A stretch of 64,000 nucleotides of DNA, from positions 1 through 64,000 of the forward strand of contig CAWJJC010000005.1 of NCBI GenBank assembly GCA_963843145.1. Direction: 5' to 3'. The position numbers and the translations under genes are program-made. Positions 1-9,227 of the stretch are shown here, in pieces. Numbering within the stretch: the first letter of the stretch is position 1; each line of letters opens with the position of its first letter. Under the pieces are notes generated by a model, which was not told where the DNA came from, ran no database searches, and was given only the letters and a program-made list of their open reading frames with translations. The stretch is from an uncultured delta proteobacterium (GTDB lineage: Bacteria > Desulfobacterota > RBG-13-43-22).

Positions 1-158
1 CCGCACCATCTCACCAAGCAGTTTTCTTCATAAATTATTCTTTGTTTTTTTAAAAAAGATTTTATCGTTTGACCGTATCTGACAATCCCACCTGGTAAGC
101 TTGGCCTAAATAAAATTTATAAGAATTTTTTCAGAAAAAATTCTTAAAGGAGGGGCTT

Positions 159-946
159 ATGGAAGAATTACTAAATCAATACCTGGATAAGATCAAAATC
201 GGGGGGAAGCAGGTCTATAAGAACCTGACCCTGTTTCCCCTGCTCTCCGGACAGGCCGTTTCCCTGGATTATTTGACGCTCGATGAGGCCCTGAACGAAG
301 GCCTGGTGGAGGTGACCGAGGTCAGCGAGGGTGGGCATGTTCCGGATCTGAAAGTGGTCAACAAGTCCCCCGCATGATCCTGATCCTGGACGGGGAGGAA
401 CTGGTGGGGGCCAAGCAGAACCGAATAGTGAATACCACCATCCTGGTGGTCGCCCTTTCCACCCTGGTTATCCCGGTGAGTTGCGTGGAGCAGGGCCGCT
501 GGTCCTACCGAGAGCGTGGAAGAATACACCCGTCATTTCCGGCCCATCGAGGGCCAGGTGGGCGCGGTCTTCCTGATCAACGGCCGGGTGGTCGGGCTGG
601 ACAGCTTCGGCAGCCGGACACCCTGGCCAGGGTCTTCAGGAAACTGGTCCAGAGCTATGCCCTGGAAGCCATCGACTTCCTGGAACCGGACAAAGAAATC
701 AAGGTTTCCAGAACCGGCGCCTCCGACCTGATCCAGTCGGCCCGTCCTGCCTGTGGAATCAAGGACAGACGATACATAGACGAAGTGCTGCGCGAGTTCA
801 TTCATAAAATTTTTTCGAATCGAAAAAATTTTATCTGGATGGCCAGGTGGTCCACCTGTCGGTTTTTGACCGGCCTAAAAATGAGAGGAGGACCAAGGTT
901 TTCCCGGATGGGGAGTTTTTCGAACCGGAGGAGAAACCGGGGGTAG
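159..946 (+). pseudogene. DUF6569/ARPP-1 family protein, frameshifted and internally deleted
   Basis: AAGGAGGGG RBS. Motifs YLTLDEAL, GxVPDLKVVN, LILDGEELVGAKQNRIVNTTI, IPVSCVEQGRW, then EEYTRHF..QVGAVFLING and YLDGQVVHLSVF spread over three frames. The segment expected after WSY appears missing (~510). Confidence 0.75.
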
Positions 947-1283
947 ATTAGCCGCGGATAATACCAAGCCGGGAAAGGGAACCCAATTTACTTAACCAAG
1001 AAAGGTGAACCTGCCGATCACACTTCTAATATACTTAAGGAATGCCCAATTTGTAAGATTATACCTATCCCTATTCGTTCCAATGATTGACAGCCCTGAA
1101 GAATATGTGTTATTTCCGAGCTATCCGTTTAATTTTCCATTTATTTTTCCACCTAACCTTAGCTTTGGGAGGATGATTGAATCTAAAAGGCCCTGCCTCA
1201 TAATCAAGATGCAGAATTTTTTTTGTGGCGAATGCTACAACCTATCCTTCAAGTAGACGAAGCTAACTGGAATTACTCCCTTA

Positions 1284-3296
1284 ATGGAAACACTGCCTGA
1301 AACAGCTTGCGCCTCAGGGGCATCTTCCCGAGCCTGGTATTGGGACCTCATTGCTGAATTCCTGCTAACTGATCCCGATAAAGTTATCGGACGACTTGCA
1401 AGAAACACGGACTTCGCACTCATTCCGACACAGAAGGATGCTTGGCTGGAACAGATTAGCCTGCTGCAAGAATGCCTTGTTGGTTTAACGGGTTCGTTGT
1501 TTATGGAGTTCAACATCCCTCGTATGGGTCGACGGGTTGATGCGGTGCTATTGATCGGCCCTGTGGTGTTCGTGATCGAGTTCAAAGTCGGCGAAAGCGT
1601 GTTTGAGCGTGCAGCGGTGGAACAAGTTTGGGATTATGCTCTGGACCTGAAAAACTTCCACGAAGCCAGTCACTCTGTTTCAATTGTTCCAGTTCTGATC
1701 GCCACGGAAGCCACGGCATCGGAAACGTTAAAACTAATCGTCGACGAAGATCAGGTTTATCGTCCAATTCATGTACACCCCGCCGGTGCACGCGAAGCGA
1801 TCGACTTGGTTTTGCGAACCGTAATGGGCGAGGTGCTTGATGAGCAACGGTGGTCGCGCGCTCCATATCATCCTACCCCCACCATCGTGGAAGCCGCACG
1901 GGCTCTTTATTCTCAGCATTCGGTCGAGGCCATTGCACGTCACGATGCCGGAGCACAGAATCTACGAGTTACTTCGCGGCGAATTGAAGAACTGGTCGAC
2001 GAAGCAAAGGAAAAAGGGTGGAAACTTATCTGCTTTGTCACAGGAGTGCCTGGAGCGGGTAAGACACTCGTTGGATTAAACCTCGCTACTCGGCGACGAG
2101 AAAAAGATCAACCAACTCATGCCGTCTTTCTTTCCGGAAACGGTCCGCTCGTCGCCGTGCTCCGCGAAGCACTCACGCGTGACGAAGTCACCCGTAGGAA
2201 AAATGAAGGCGAAAACGTGCGGAAGGGGAAAGTTGCCGAAAGTGTCAAAGCATTCATCCAAAACATTCACCATTTCCGGGATGAAGCGTTAATCCATCCC
2301 GGCCCACCAATTGATCACGTTGTCATTTTTGACGAGGCGCAACGTGCTTGGAACTTGCGGCAAACCGCGAGTTTCATGCGTCGGAAAAAGAATCGCCCCG
2401 GGTTCTCTCAATCAGAGCCTGAGTTTCTGATTTCATACCTGGATCGCCATAGGGATTGGGCTGTGATCGTTTGCCTGGTCGGTGGCGGGCAAGAGATCAA
2501 CACGGGAGAATCCGGAATCGATGCTTGGCTTGATGCCGTGAACTCAAGATTTCCGCACTGGCACATGTACATTTCATCGCGACTCACCGATAGTGAATAT
2601 GCTGCGGGTAAGGCTCTGGAAGCCGTGCGCAAACGACAGAATACTAACTTTGACAACTGCCTGCATCTGGCCGTCTCCATGAGATCGTTCCGGGCTGAGA
2701 ACGTTTCGGCTTTTGTCAAGGCACTCCTCGATTGCGACAAACACCATGCACGAGAGGCTTTCCTCGGGTTTGCCGACCGGTACCCGATCGCCGTTACCCG
2801 TAACTTGAAACTAGCAAAGCAGTGGATTCGCAATCGTGCTAGAGGGACCGAGCGATTTGGATTGGTGGCTTCCTCGAAAGCCCAGCGCCTTAAACCGCAT
2901 GCAATAGATATCCGCGTGAACGTCGATCCAGTCCATTGGTTTCTCAATGGTAGGGGGGACACGCGTTCGAGCTATTATCTCGAAGACGCCGCTACGGAGT
3001 TTCAGGTGCAGGGTTTGGAGCTTGACTGGGCGTGTGTGACGTGGGATGGGGATCTGCGTTTCACCGATTCAGGGTGGAGTTTCCACGATTTCCGAGGCGA
3101 CCGGTGGTGCAATATCGTAAACTCAGACAACCAGCGTTTCCTCCGGAACTCATACCGAGTCCTACTCACTCGGGCACGGCAAGGAATGGTGATTTTTGTC
3201 CCACCCGGTGACTCGGGTGATCCGACGCGGTCACCCGAGATTTACGATTCAACCTTTGATTATCTTACCGATCTTGGCATCACTGCACTGCCCTGA
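1284..3296 (+). CDS. DUF2075 / Schlafen group 3-like SF1 DNA/RNA helicase with N-terminal PD-(D/E)xK-like nuclease region
   Basis: 670 aa. EFNIPRMGRRVDAVLL..VIEFK; Walker A GVPGAGKT; Walker B VVIFDEAQR; QVQGLELD; YRVLLTRAR. Confidence 0.85.
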   Translation: METLPETACASGASSRAWYWDLIAEFLLTDPDKVIGRLARNTDFALIPTQKDAWLEQISLLQECLVGLTGSLFMEFNIPRMGRRVDAVLLIGPVVFVIEFKVGESVFERAAVEQVWDYALDLKNFHEASHSVSIVPVLIATEATASETLKLIVDEDQVYRPIHVHPAGAREAIDLVLRTVMGEVLDEQRWSRAPYHPTPTIVEAARALYSQHSVEAIARHDAGAQNLRVTSRRIEELVDEAKEKGWKLICFVTGVPGAGKTLVGLNLATRRREKDQPTHAVFLSGNGPLVAVLREALTRDEVTRRKNEGENVRKGKVAESVKAFIQNIHHFRDEALIHPGPPIDHVVIFDEAQRAWNLRQTASFMRRKKNRPGFSQSEPEFLISYLDRHRDWAVIVCLVGGGQEINTGESGIDAWLDAVNSRFPHWHMYISSRLTDSEYAAGKALEAVRKRQNTNFDNCLHLAVSMRSFRAENVSAFVKALLDCDKHHAREAFLGFADRYPIAVTRNLKLAKQWIRNRARGTERFGLVASSKAQRLKPHAIDIRVNVDPVHWFLNGRGDTRSSYYLEDAATEFQVQGLELDWACVTWDGDLRFTDSGWSFHDFRGDRWCNIVNSDNQRFLRNSYRVLLTRARQGMVIFVPPGDSGDPTRSPEIYDSTFDYLTDLGITALP

Positions 3297-3412
3297 ACCA
3301 TGCTAACCGACTTTATTTCGATCGAGCGTGAACGTTTTGGAGACAAGGAATTCGGCCCCCCCTATTCCTTCCTCCTTGTGATTTACCTATATTATCACTG
3401 GCCCGGTTTAAA

Positions 3413-4135
3413 TTGGACAGATCTGCCTACCGACGCCTGGTCAAAAAGGTGGCCCCGGTGGTTAAGAATATGCCCCTTTTTAAGCTTCAGACCCTTGGCC
3501 GGGAACAGGTTGAGTTTTTATACTCGAATAAAATCATCAGTAAGGGAATAGAACTCCTCCCCGGTATTTGTTTCTGCCTTCGTCAATTCCATTTGATCAT
3601 CAAGGATCTGCTTCAAAGCGCCTGGGTTCGTTTTATTCATAAGATTCGGGCCAACCAGGACATCCTGGGGCAGGTTAAAGACTTGGCCGATTTCTTGTTC
3701 GGGTCCGAGAGGACCGTCTTGTCCGCCTTTAGTAGGATCTTGGTGGAACAACAAAACGGGGAATGCTTCTACTGCCAAAGACCGCTTAAAAACAGCCTTG
3801 CAATTGATCACTTTATCCCCTGGTCCCGTTACCCGGTTGATCTCGGTCATAATTTCGTTCTGGCCCATCAAACCTGCAATTCGGCCAAATCGGACAACCT
3901 CGCATCGATAAAACACTTCGGGAGATTGTGGGATCGTAATGAAAAATTTGGAGAGGAATTGGGAACCTTATTCGATCTGAGGAATTTGATCCATAATATC
4001 GATGCCACCAGAGAGATAGGACGCTGGGCTTATGGGATGGCCGAAAATAGCGGTGCCCAGGTCTGAGTAAGCCGGAATCAATATGAAAAACTGAGCCCTG
4101 ACTGGAAGACCATAACAGGAATAACCTCTCTTTAA
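3413..4135 (+). pseudogene. HNH endonuclease, 5'-truncated, with internal TGA (probably from TGG) at 4064-4066
   Basis: CFYC..IDHFIPWSRYP.DLGHNFVLAH..CNSAKSD. No RBS or ATG start. The frame continues past the TGA as VSRNQYEKLSPDW..* to TAA at 4135. Confidence 0.75.
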
Positions 4136-4148
4136 ATAAGTGGACAAC

Positions 4149-4935
4149 ATGGCCCGAATGCACCCCGAGGAAATCGAAGTCCTGGAAGACACCACGGTCG
4201 GTGAAAAAAAGGTCTTTCGGTTTCTCCATGACGCGGCCCGGCCCGACAAGGACTTCATCGCCTGGTATGAGCCGACCATAGGGAGTTCGGGTGCAGAACC
4301 GGATTTCATTCTTTATGGAAATTCCCTCGGGCTCCTGGTCCTGGAGATCAAGGACTGGGAGATAGACCAGATCGGGGAAGTCAACCCCCACACCTTCAAA
4401 TTCTGGACAGGCGACAAAGAAGAAACCCGGACCAACCCGGACCGGCAGGCCAAGGGATACGTAAACGAGCTCCTGGCTCTGCTTCGGGAACATCAGGAAT
4501 TCCACCAAAGCACCGGACCGCATGGAGGACAGTTGAAAATCCCGGTGGGCCGGATGGTGGTGTTCCCCCACATAAATCGCAAAGATTACCTGGACCGGGG
4601 ATTGAATCGGGTTATCACTCTAGATAGGACCCTGCTGGCCGAGGATCTGGAACCGGCCGGCGAACTCCGGGCCGATCCCTCCGGGGAGAAGTTCCAGGCC
4701 CGGATCGCCCAGGCCTTCCCTTTCCCCTTCAACGGCCTCTCAGGCAAAGAAATTCACCAGCTGATCGCCCTGATCTATCCCATCCTGAAGTTTGAGCCCC
4801 CGAAGCGCCTGGGTTCCTGCAATGAGCGGTTTCAACGGGAAGTGGAGGCCCTGGAAGAGGACCAGAGTCGGGCCGCCCTATCGCTTAAGGCTGGCCACCA
4901 GTTGCTTAAAGGGCCGCCGGGCAGCGGGAAGACCC
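4149..4935 (+). pseudogene. NERD nuclease / UvrD-like helicase, truncated immediately after Walker A
   Basis: GEKKVF..WYEP..EPDFILY..GLLVLEIKDW (NERD), TNPDRQA, then EDQ..HQLLKGPPGSGKTL. Homology stops at TAATAGGGGAC (4936). Confidence 0.8.
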
Positions 4936-4999
4936 TAATAGGGGACATAGTTTCTGAATATACTTGACAGGAGCCGGTTAACGCGTTACTGAGAGAATT

Positions 5000-5605
5000 A
5001 TGCCCAGACAACCGCGGCTGGATGCCCCCGGGACCCTGCATCACGTCATGGGCCGGGGGATCGAAACCAGCAAGACATTCAGAACCAGGAAAGACCGGGA
5101 GGACTTCATCGATCGGCTGGCGGAATTGTCCCGGTCGGGTAGATTGTCCGTATACGCCTGGGCATTGATGCCCAACCATTTTCACCTGCTGGTCCGAACC
5201 GAAAAAGAGCCTCTGGCCCGGAGCATGCGACGCCTGATGACCGGGTAAGCGATCAACTTCAACCTGCGGCACAAAAGACGGGGACACCTCTTTCAGAACC
5301 GCTATAAGTCGATCGTCTGCCAGGAAGATCTCTATCTGCTGGAACTGACCCGTTATATCCATTTGAATCCCCTCCGGGCCGGGCTGGTCCCGGACCTGGA
5401 GGCCTTAGGGCGTTATCCCTTTTCCGGCCATTCGGCCCTGACGGGCCAGGTGGAGCGGGACTGGCAGGATACCGGCACGATCCGAGGTTATTTTGCCGGG
5501 AGGCCCAAGGAGGCGATGCGGAGGTATAAAAACTTTGTAGCCGAGGGAGTCGGCCTGGGCCGGCGGCCGGAGCTGGTCGGCGGCGGATTGATCCGCGCCC
5601 TGGGC
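5000..5605 (+). mobile_element. REP-associated tyrosine transposase (RAYT-like, Y1 HUH), inactivated by in-frame TAA at 5246-5248 and 3'-truncated
   Basis: MPRQPRLDAPG.LHHVMGRG; YAWALMPNHFHLL (HUH); after the stop, in frame INFNLRHKRRGHLFQNRYKS..RYIHLNPLRAG..YPFSGH. Confidence 0.85.
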
Positions 5606-5754
5606 AACGACGCCGACACTAGCGGCGCGGTTTACGGCCAGATCGCCGGGGCCTGCTATGGGTACGAAGCCATTCCCCGAACTGGAAAACAAAAATCACC
5701 CATCGGGATCTTATCGAGTCCTATGCCGACCAGCTATACCGGTTGTTAGGATAA
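5600..5754 (+). pseudogene. C-terminal fragment of an ADP-ribosylglycohydrolase (DraG/ARH family)
   Basis: LGNDADTSGAVYGQIAGACYGYEAIP, then (frameshift) WKQKITHRDLIESYADQLY*, matching the family's GxDxDTxxAxxGxxAGAxYG..IP..W C-terminus. Confidence 0.75.
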
Positions 5755-5881
5755 CGGGAGATAACCCTGTCCTTGGTATCCCCGATTTTGTCTGATTATC
5801 CGGGGGCCGGACAAAAAGAGCCAGACAAAACAATTTAACCAGCCTTCAAAGAGCTGGGGCTACAAATAGAGGAGGATCACC

Positions 5882-6052
5882 ATGAAAAACGTAGAAATTA
5901 AAATCGAGGGTAACACCATGACGATTAAGGTAGACCTGGACAAGACCTTTGGCCCGAGCAAAAGTGGTAAAACCACTACTATCGCCAGCACCGAAGGCAA
6001 CCAGGCCGTGGCTCCCGGCGTTTTCGTCGGGCTCAACGTCTACAAGAAATAA
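5882..6052 (+). CDS. 56-aa hypothetical protein (absent from the ORF track)
   Basis: GAGGAGG RBS. MKNVEIKIEGNTMTIKVDLDKTFGPSKSGKTTTIASTEGNQAVAPGVFVGLNVYKK*. Confidence 0.8.
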   Translation: MKNVEIKIEGNTMTIKVDLDKTFGPSKSGKTTTIASTEGNQAVAPGVFVGLNVYKK

Positions 6053-6165
6053 AGAAAGAACAATTACATCGTAATAGGCGACAAGGATAAAATTTTATGG
6101 CCGTCCCTATTTTTAATTGTCAACTTTGGAAATTTAGCTTATAAAATAGCATCGTTTATTCTATT

Positions 6166-7329
6166 ATGGGACGCAAAATGGAATCAATACCACGATATTT
6201 CATACCTCCTGCTGATCACTTCTTCCTGCTGGGTCCGCGCGGCACGGGCAAGACCTGGTTGACCCAGAGGCTTTTTCCACAGGCGCTTCGGGTAGATCTG
6301 CTGGAGCCGGAAACCTTACGTTCGCTATCTGCGCGACCCGAGCGTCTGCGGGAGTTGATAGGGGCCAGGCCTGGAGTCCTGCAGGTGGTCATCGACGAAG
6401 TACAAAAGCTGCCGGAGTTGCTGGAAGTCGTCCATCTGCTGATCGAGGATAAGCAGGGGGTACAGTTTATATTCACTGGCTCAAGCGCCCGCAAGCTTCG
6501 GCGCGGCGGTGTGAATCTTTTAGGCGGACGGGCGATACAAAAGTCGTTGTATCCCTTCATGGCCGCCGAACTCGGCCCACAATTCAACCTGGAGGAGGCA
6601 TTGCGCCTCGGCATGCTGCCCATCGTGCGGGCGGGCAAGGTGCCCGAGGAAATCCTGCGCGCTTACAACGGCCTCTATTTGCGGGAAGAAGTGCAGATGG
6701 AAGGGTTGGTGCGCAATATCGGAAACTTTTCCCGCTTCCTCGAAGCCATCAGCTTTTCGCAGGCGGCCGTTCTCAACCTGGCCAATGTTGCCCGGGAGTG
6801 CCACGTAAACCGCAAGACGGTGGAGGGCTATCTGGAAATATTGGAGGATCTTTTGCTGGCTTTTCGAGTGCCGGTTTTCACCCGGCGGGCGCAGCGCGAA
6901 CTGGCGGCACATCCGAAGTTTTTCTTTTTTGATGCCGGCGTCTTCCGCGCCAACCGGCCGTCCGGTCCCCTGGATGCTCCATCGGAGATCGATGGCGCTG
7001 CGTTGGAGAGTCTCGTTGCCCAACATCTTCGGGCGTGGTGTGACTATTCGGGCGGCAATCACCAATTGCATTACTGGCAGACGCGGTCGAAAGTGGAGGT
7101 GGATTTCGTGGTCTATGGCGAGGGCGGCTTGTACGCGCTGGAAGTGAAGAACTCCGCCCAGGTGCGGCCGGAGGATCTGCGCGGACTTAAAAACTTCGGT
7201 GAAGACTTTCCGGAAAGCCGCCGCTGGCTGCTGTATCGTGGGAGGGAGCGACTTTTGCGTGACGGTATCCTGTGTGTGCCCTGCGAGGAGTTCCTGCTTC
7301 AACTGAAACCGAGCGAGTTCCCAGCATGA
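6166..7329 (+). CDS. AAA_14 / DUF4143 ATP-binding protein
   Basis: GPRGTGKT, VVIDEVQK, FTGSSAR, HPKFFFFDAG, C-terminal EVDFVV..ALEVK nuclease-like motif. Confidence 0.9.
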   Translation: MGRKMESIPRYFIPPADHFFLLGPRGTGKTWLTQRLFPQALRVDLLEPETLRSLSARPERLRELIGARPGVLQVVIDEVQKLPELLEVVHLLIEDKQGVQFIFTGSSARKLRRGGVNLLGGRAIQKSLYPFMAAELGPQFNLEEALRLGMLPIVRAGKVPEEILRAYNGLYLREEVQMEGLVRNIGNFSRFLEAISFSQAAVLNLANVARECHVNRKTVEGYLEILEDLLLAFRVPVFTRRAQRELAAHPKFFFFDAGVFRANRPSGPLDAPSEIDGAALESLVAQHLRAWCDYSGGNHQLHYWQTRSKVEVDFVVYGEGGLYALEVKNSAQVRPEDLRGLKNFGEDFPESRRWLLYRGRERLLRDGILCVPCEEFLLQLKPSEFPA

Positions 7330-7520
7330 CCATCCTCAAATCCATCATCCAATCCATTCGTAATGCGGCCTCCTACAACAAGCACGAACTGGCTGCACCA
7401 CGGGTCATCCTTTGGCCTGACGAGGAGCGGCTGTGGACGCAATGTATCGAGCCGTTGCGGGCGAGCTGTCCTGCCCTGTGGTCTCTTGGGGATTATTCTC
7501 CCGAGCAGGCGACCGGCCCG
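7326..7520 (+). pseudogene. pglZ: 5' stub of BREX-1 phosphatase PglZ type B
   Basis: ATGA overlap with the ATPase. MTILKSIIQSIRNAASYN..APRVILWPDEERLW..LGDYSPEQATGP resembles the PglZ-B N-terminus (recalled pattern AP..ILWPD..RQW..LGDY.PE.RTGPAIWLR). Cut at TAATAGGGGAC. Confidence 0.7.
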
Positions 7521-7559
7521 TAATAGGGGACCGTTTTTGCCTGGGACTTTCTACCCACC

Positions 7560-7679
7560 TCAATCCAACTTTTTGGATCGCGCCTCTACCCATTCGATGA
7601 GGTCGGCCACGCTGTAACATACTTTTCTCCCAACCCGGATACGGCCCTTCGGACCCTGGCCAAGACTGTCCAAATTCGC
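7560..7679 (-). pseudogene. C-terminal fragment of an excisionase/AlpA-like winged HTH protein
   Basis: Translates as ANLDSLGQGPKGRIRVGRKVCYSVADLIEWVEARSKKLD*. No start codon. Confidence 0.6.
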
Positions 7680-7711
7680 ACGGAAAAATTCGGTAATCCA
7701 CTTGCGGGGAG

Positions 7712-8081
7712 TTACCCCGTCACCTGTTTCTTGCCCAAACCAATTGTCCTTTTGACTGAGCGGGCGTTTGGGATCAGCTTAATTTCCAATTGACAACCGA
7801 CCGCCTGCGCATATTTTTTAAGGGTGGTAAGGGAAGGGGTATGCTTCCCGGTGGCTTCCAGGCGAGAAACGGCGCTTTTGGTGGTTCCCATTAAGTCCGC
7901 TACCTCTTCTTGAGTGAGGCCAATTCGGGAACGTGCGGTCAACATCTCGCGGGCCAGTCGGTACTCTTCTCCTAAATCCTCGTATGATTTCCGGAATCCT
8001 TTCCGTTTTAAGGCTTTTTTTAGAAAAGCCTCGGATCATGGGAAACCGGTTTATAAGGTAAATCGTCTTCCAAGGGTTCAT
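7712..8081 (-). pseudogene. XRE/HigA-like HTH antitoxin, frameshifted
   Basis: ARSRIGLTQEEVADLMGTTKSAVSRLE..PSLTTLKKYAQAVG. The N-terminal part YKPVSHD/FLKKALKRKGF is split by a frameshift near 8035. Confidence 0.7.
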
Positions 8082-8117
8082 CTCTCTTGATTTTCCCGGC
8101 TCGCTTTATGCTTTTCA

Positions 8118-8471
8118 CTATAAAAAAATTTTGTAGCTGATATTAAGCACCTTTCCAAGACGCTTTGCCATTTCTTTACCAATTGGGCGTTTTCCATTTT
8201 CCATTTCGCTGATATGTCGCTGAGGTATTCCGGTCATTCCCGAAAGCTGAATTTGCGTCAGCCCTTCCCGGTATCGCGCACCGGCAAGGGCTTTGCCGAT
8301 AAGCTGCCCTTCCGAATATTCGGGGTAGGCCTCGCGCCAAGGTGCAGAACCCAAGGTGTCCACAAATCCCAGAGGTTTCAAACTTTCAATGGCTTTTGCC
8401 ATGTTCACAATGGGACCCAAGAACCGCAGTTCAACGGATTCAATAGGGTGCTTTTTCGTGCGTTCCTGCAT
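8118..8471 (-). CDS. XRE-family HTH antitoxin (HigA-like)
   Basis: GARYREGLTQIQLSGMTGIPQRHISEMENGKRPIG. Overlaps the upstream toxin gene. Confidence 0.8.
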   Translation of the reverse strand: MQERTKKHPIESVELRFLGPIVNMAKAIESLKPLGFVDTLGSAPWREAYPEYSEGQLIGKALAGARYREGLTQIQLSGMTGIPQRHISEMENGKRPIGKEMAKRLGKVLNISYKIFL

Positions 8472-8718
8472 ATATCACCTCAATCAATTTGATTTCCTTA
8501 GCCATAACCTCCCATATAGCCACAAAGGTAGGACGGCCTTTCTTCAAGTGACAATGGTATCGGTTATCAGATAAGGCGCTAAAGTTTGGCCAATTTCCCC
8601 GAATAGGTCCGTTCACTTCCATATCCTTTTTCAGGGCGATGAGAAGATTTTGGACATTTTCAGGCAATTTCCTGACCCGTTTGCTCAGAGACCGTCTTTC
8701 TTTAACCGTCCATGTCAT
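8440..8718 (-). CDS. RelE/HigB-like toxin
   Basis: 92 aa, basic. WTV..KLPENVQ..GP...NWPNFSAL...YHCHLKKG..EVIYAGTHEKAPY. Toxin-first order. Confidence 0.7.
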   Translation of the reverse strand: MTWTVKERRSLSKRVRKLPENVQNLLIALKKDMEVNGPIRGNWPNFSALSDNRYHCHLKKGRPTFVAIWEVMAKEIKLIEVIYAGTHEKAPY

Positions 8719-8781
8719 AAATCAATCCTATACTAATTATTAGTATAATACAAGTCGTTTTTATTCTTGGTTTGTAATTGT

Positions 8782-9055
8782 CTATTTCTTCAGATTGACA
8801 ACCTTCCCGGACTGGTCCCTGGTGGTCAGGCTCGGCAACCGTTTGACGGCCTCTTGCATGGCCCCGGACCCCAGGTGCGCATAACGTGCGCTCATTTGAA
8901 CGGTGGAATGTCCCAACAATTTTCCGATTGTGAATATGCCCGTCCCGGCCTCTACCAGCCAAGAAGCGTAGGTATGGCGTAAGGAATGGACAACAACCTT
9001 TTGCCTCGGGTCGGTTATTCCCTTATTAAGGTTCAATTCCTTTACCGCGTCCCTT
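8782..9055 (-). pseudogene. C-terminal fragment of a tyrosine recombinase/integrase
   Basis: HSLRHTYASWL..GKLLGHST..MSARYAH (H-x-x-R, H and Y catalytic residues). N-terminal two thirds absent. Confidence 0.85.
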
Positions 9056-9227
9056 AAGTCGGTCGGCGTGTCGGCGTATTCCCGGCCGTCAGAGGGGTTT
9101 CCTTCCTGCCTGATTCGGCCTGGTTCCACCAAACCAAAAGGTCGGTCAGGTCTCCCCAACCGGCCTTAATAAGCCAGCGTTCAAGAATGCAATGCCCAAA
9201 TTTTTGAACGTTAAAATGAATTTTTCC

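Larger units (their letters stand above)
3339..7531. repeat. Short inverted-repeat site family at fragment junctions (3339-3366, 4936-4946, 5752-5787, 6072-6111, 7521-7531)
   Basis: Identical TAATAGGGGAC at 4936 and 7521; TAATAGGCGACAAGGA..GGCCGTCCCTATT at 6072; GGAGACAAGGA..GGCCCCCCCTATT at 3339; TAACGGGAGATA..TATCCCCGATT at 5752. Confidence 0.6.

Noticed and set aside
1005-1256. 83-aa ORF upstream of the helicase
   Set aside because: AT-rich, no clear RBS or motif; probably intergenic or decayed DNA.
4064-4066. Selenocysteine or alternative-code readthrough of TGA in the HNH gene
   Set aside because: The position fits Trp in a gene that is already truncated, and TGA acts as a normal stop elsewhere in the window.
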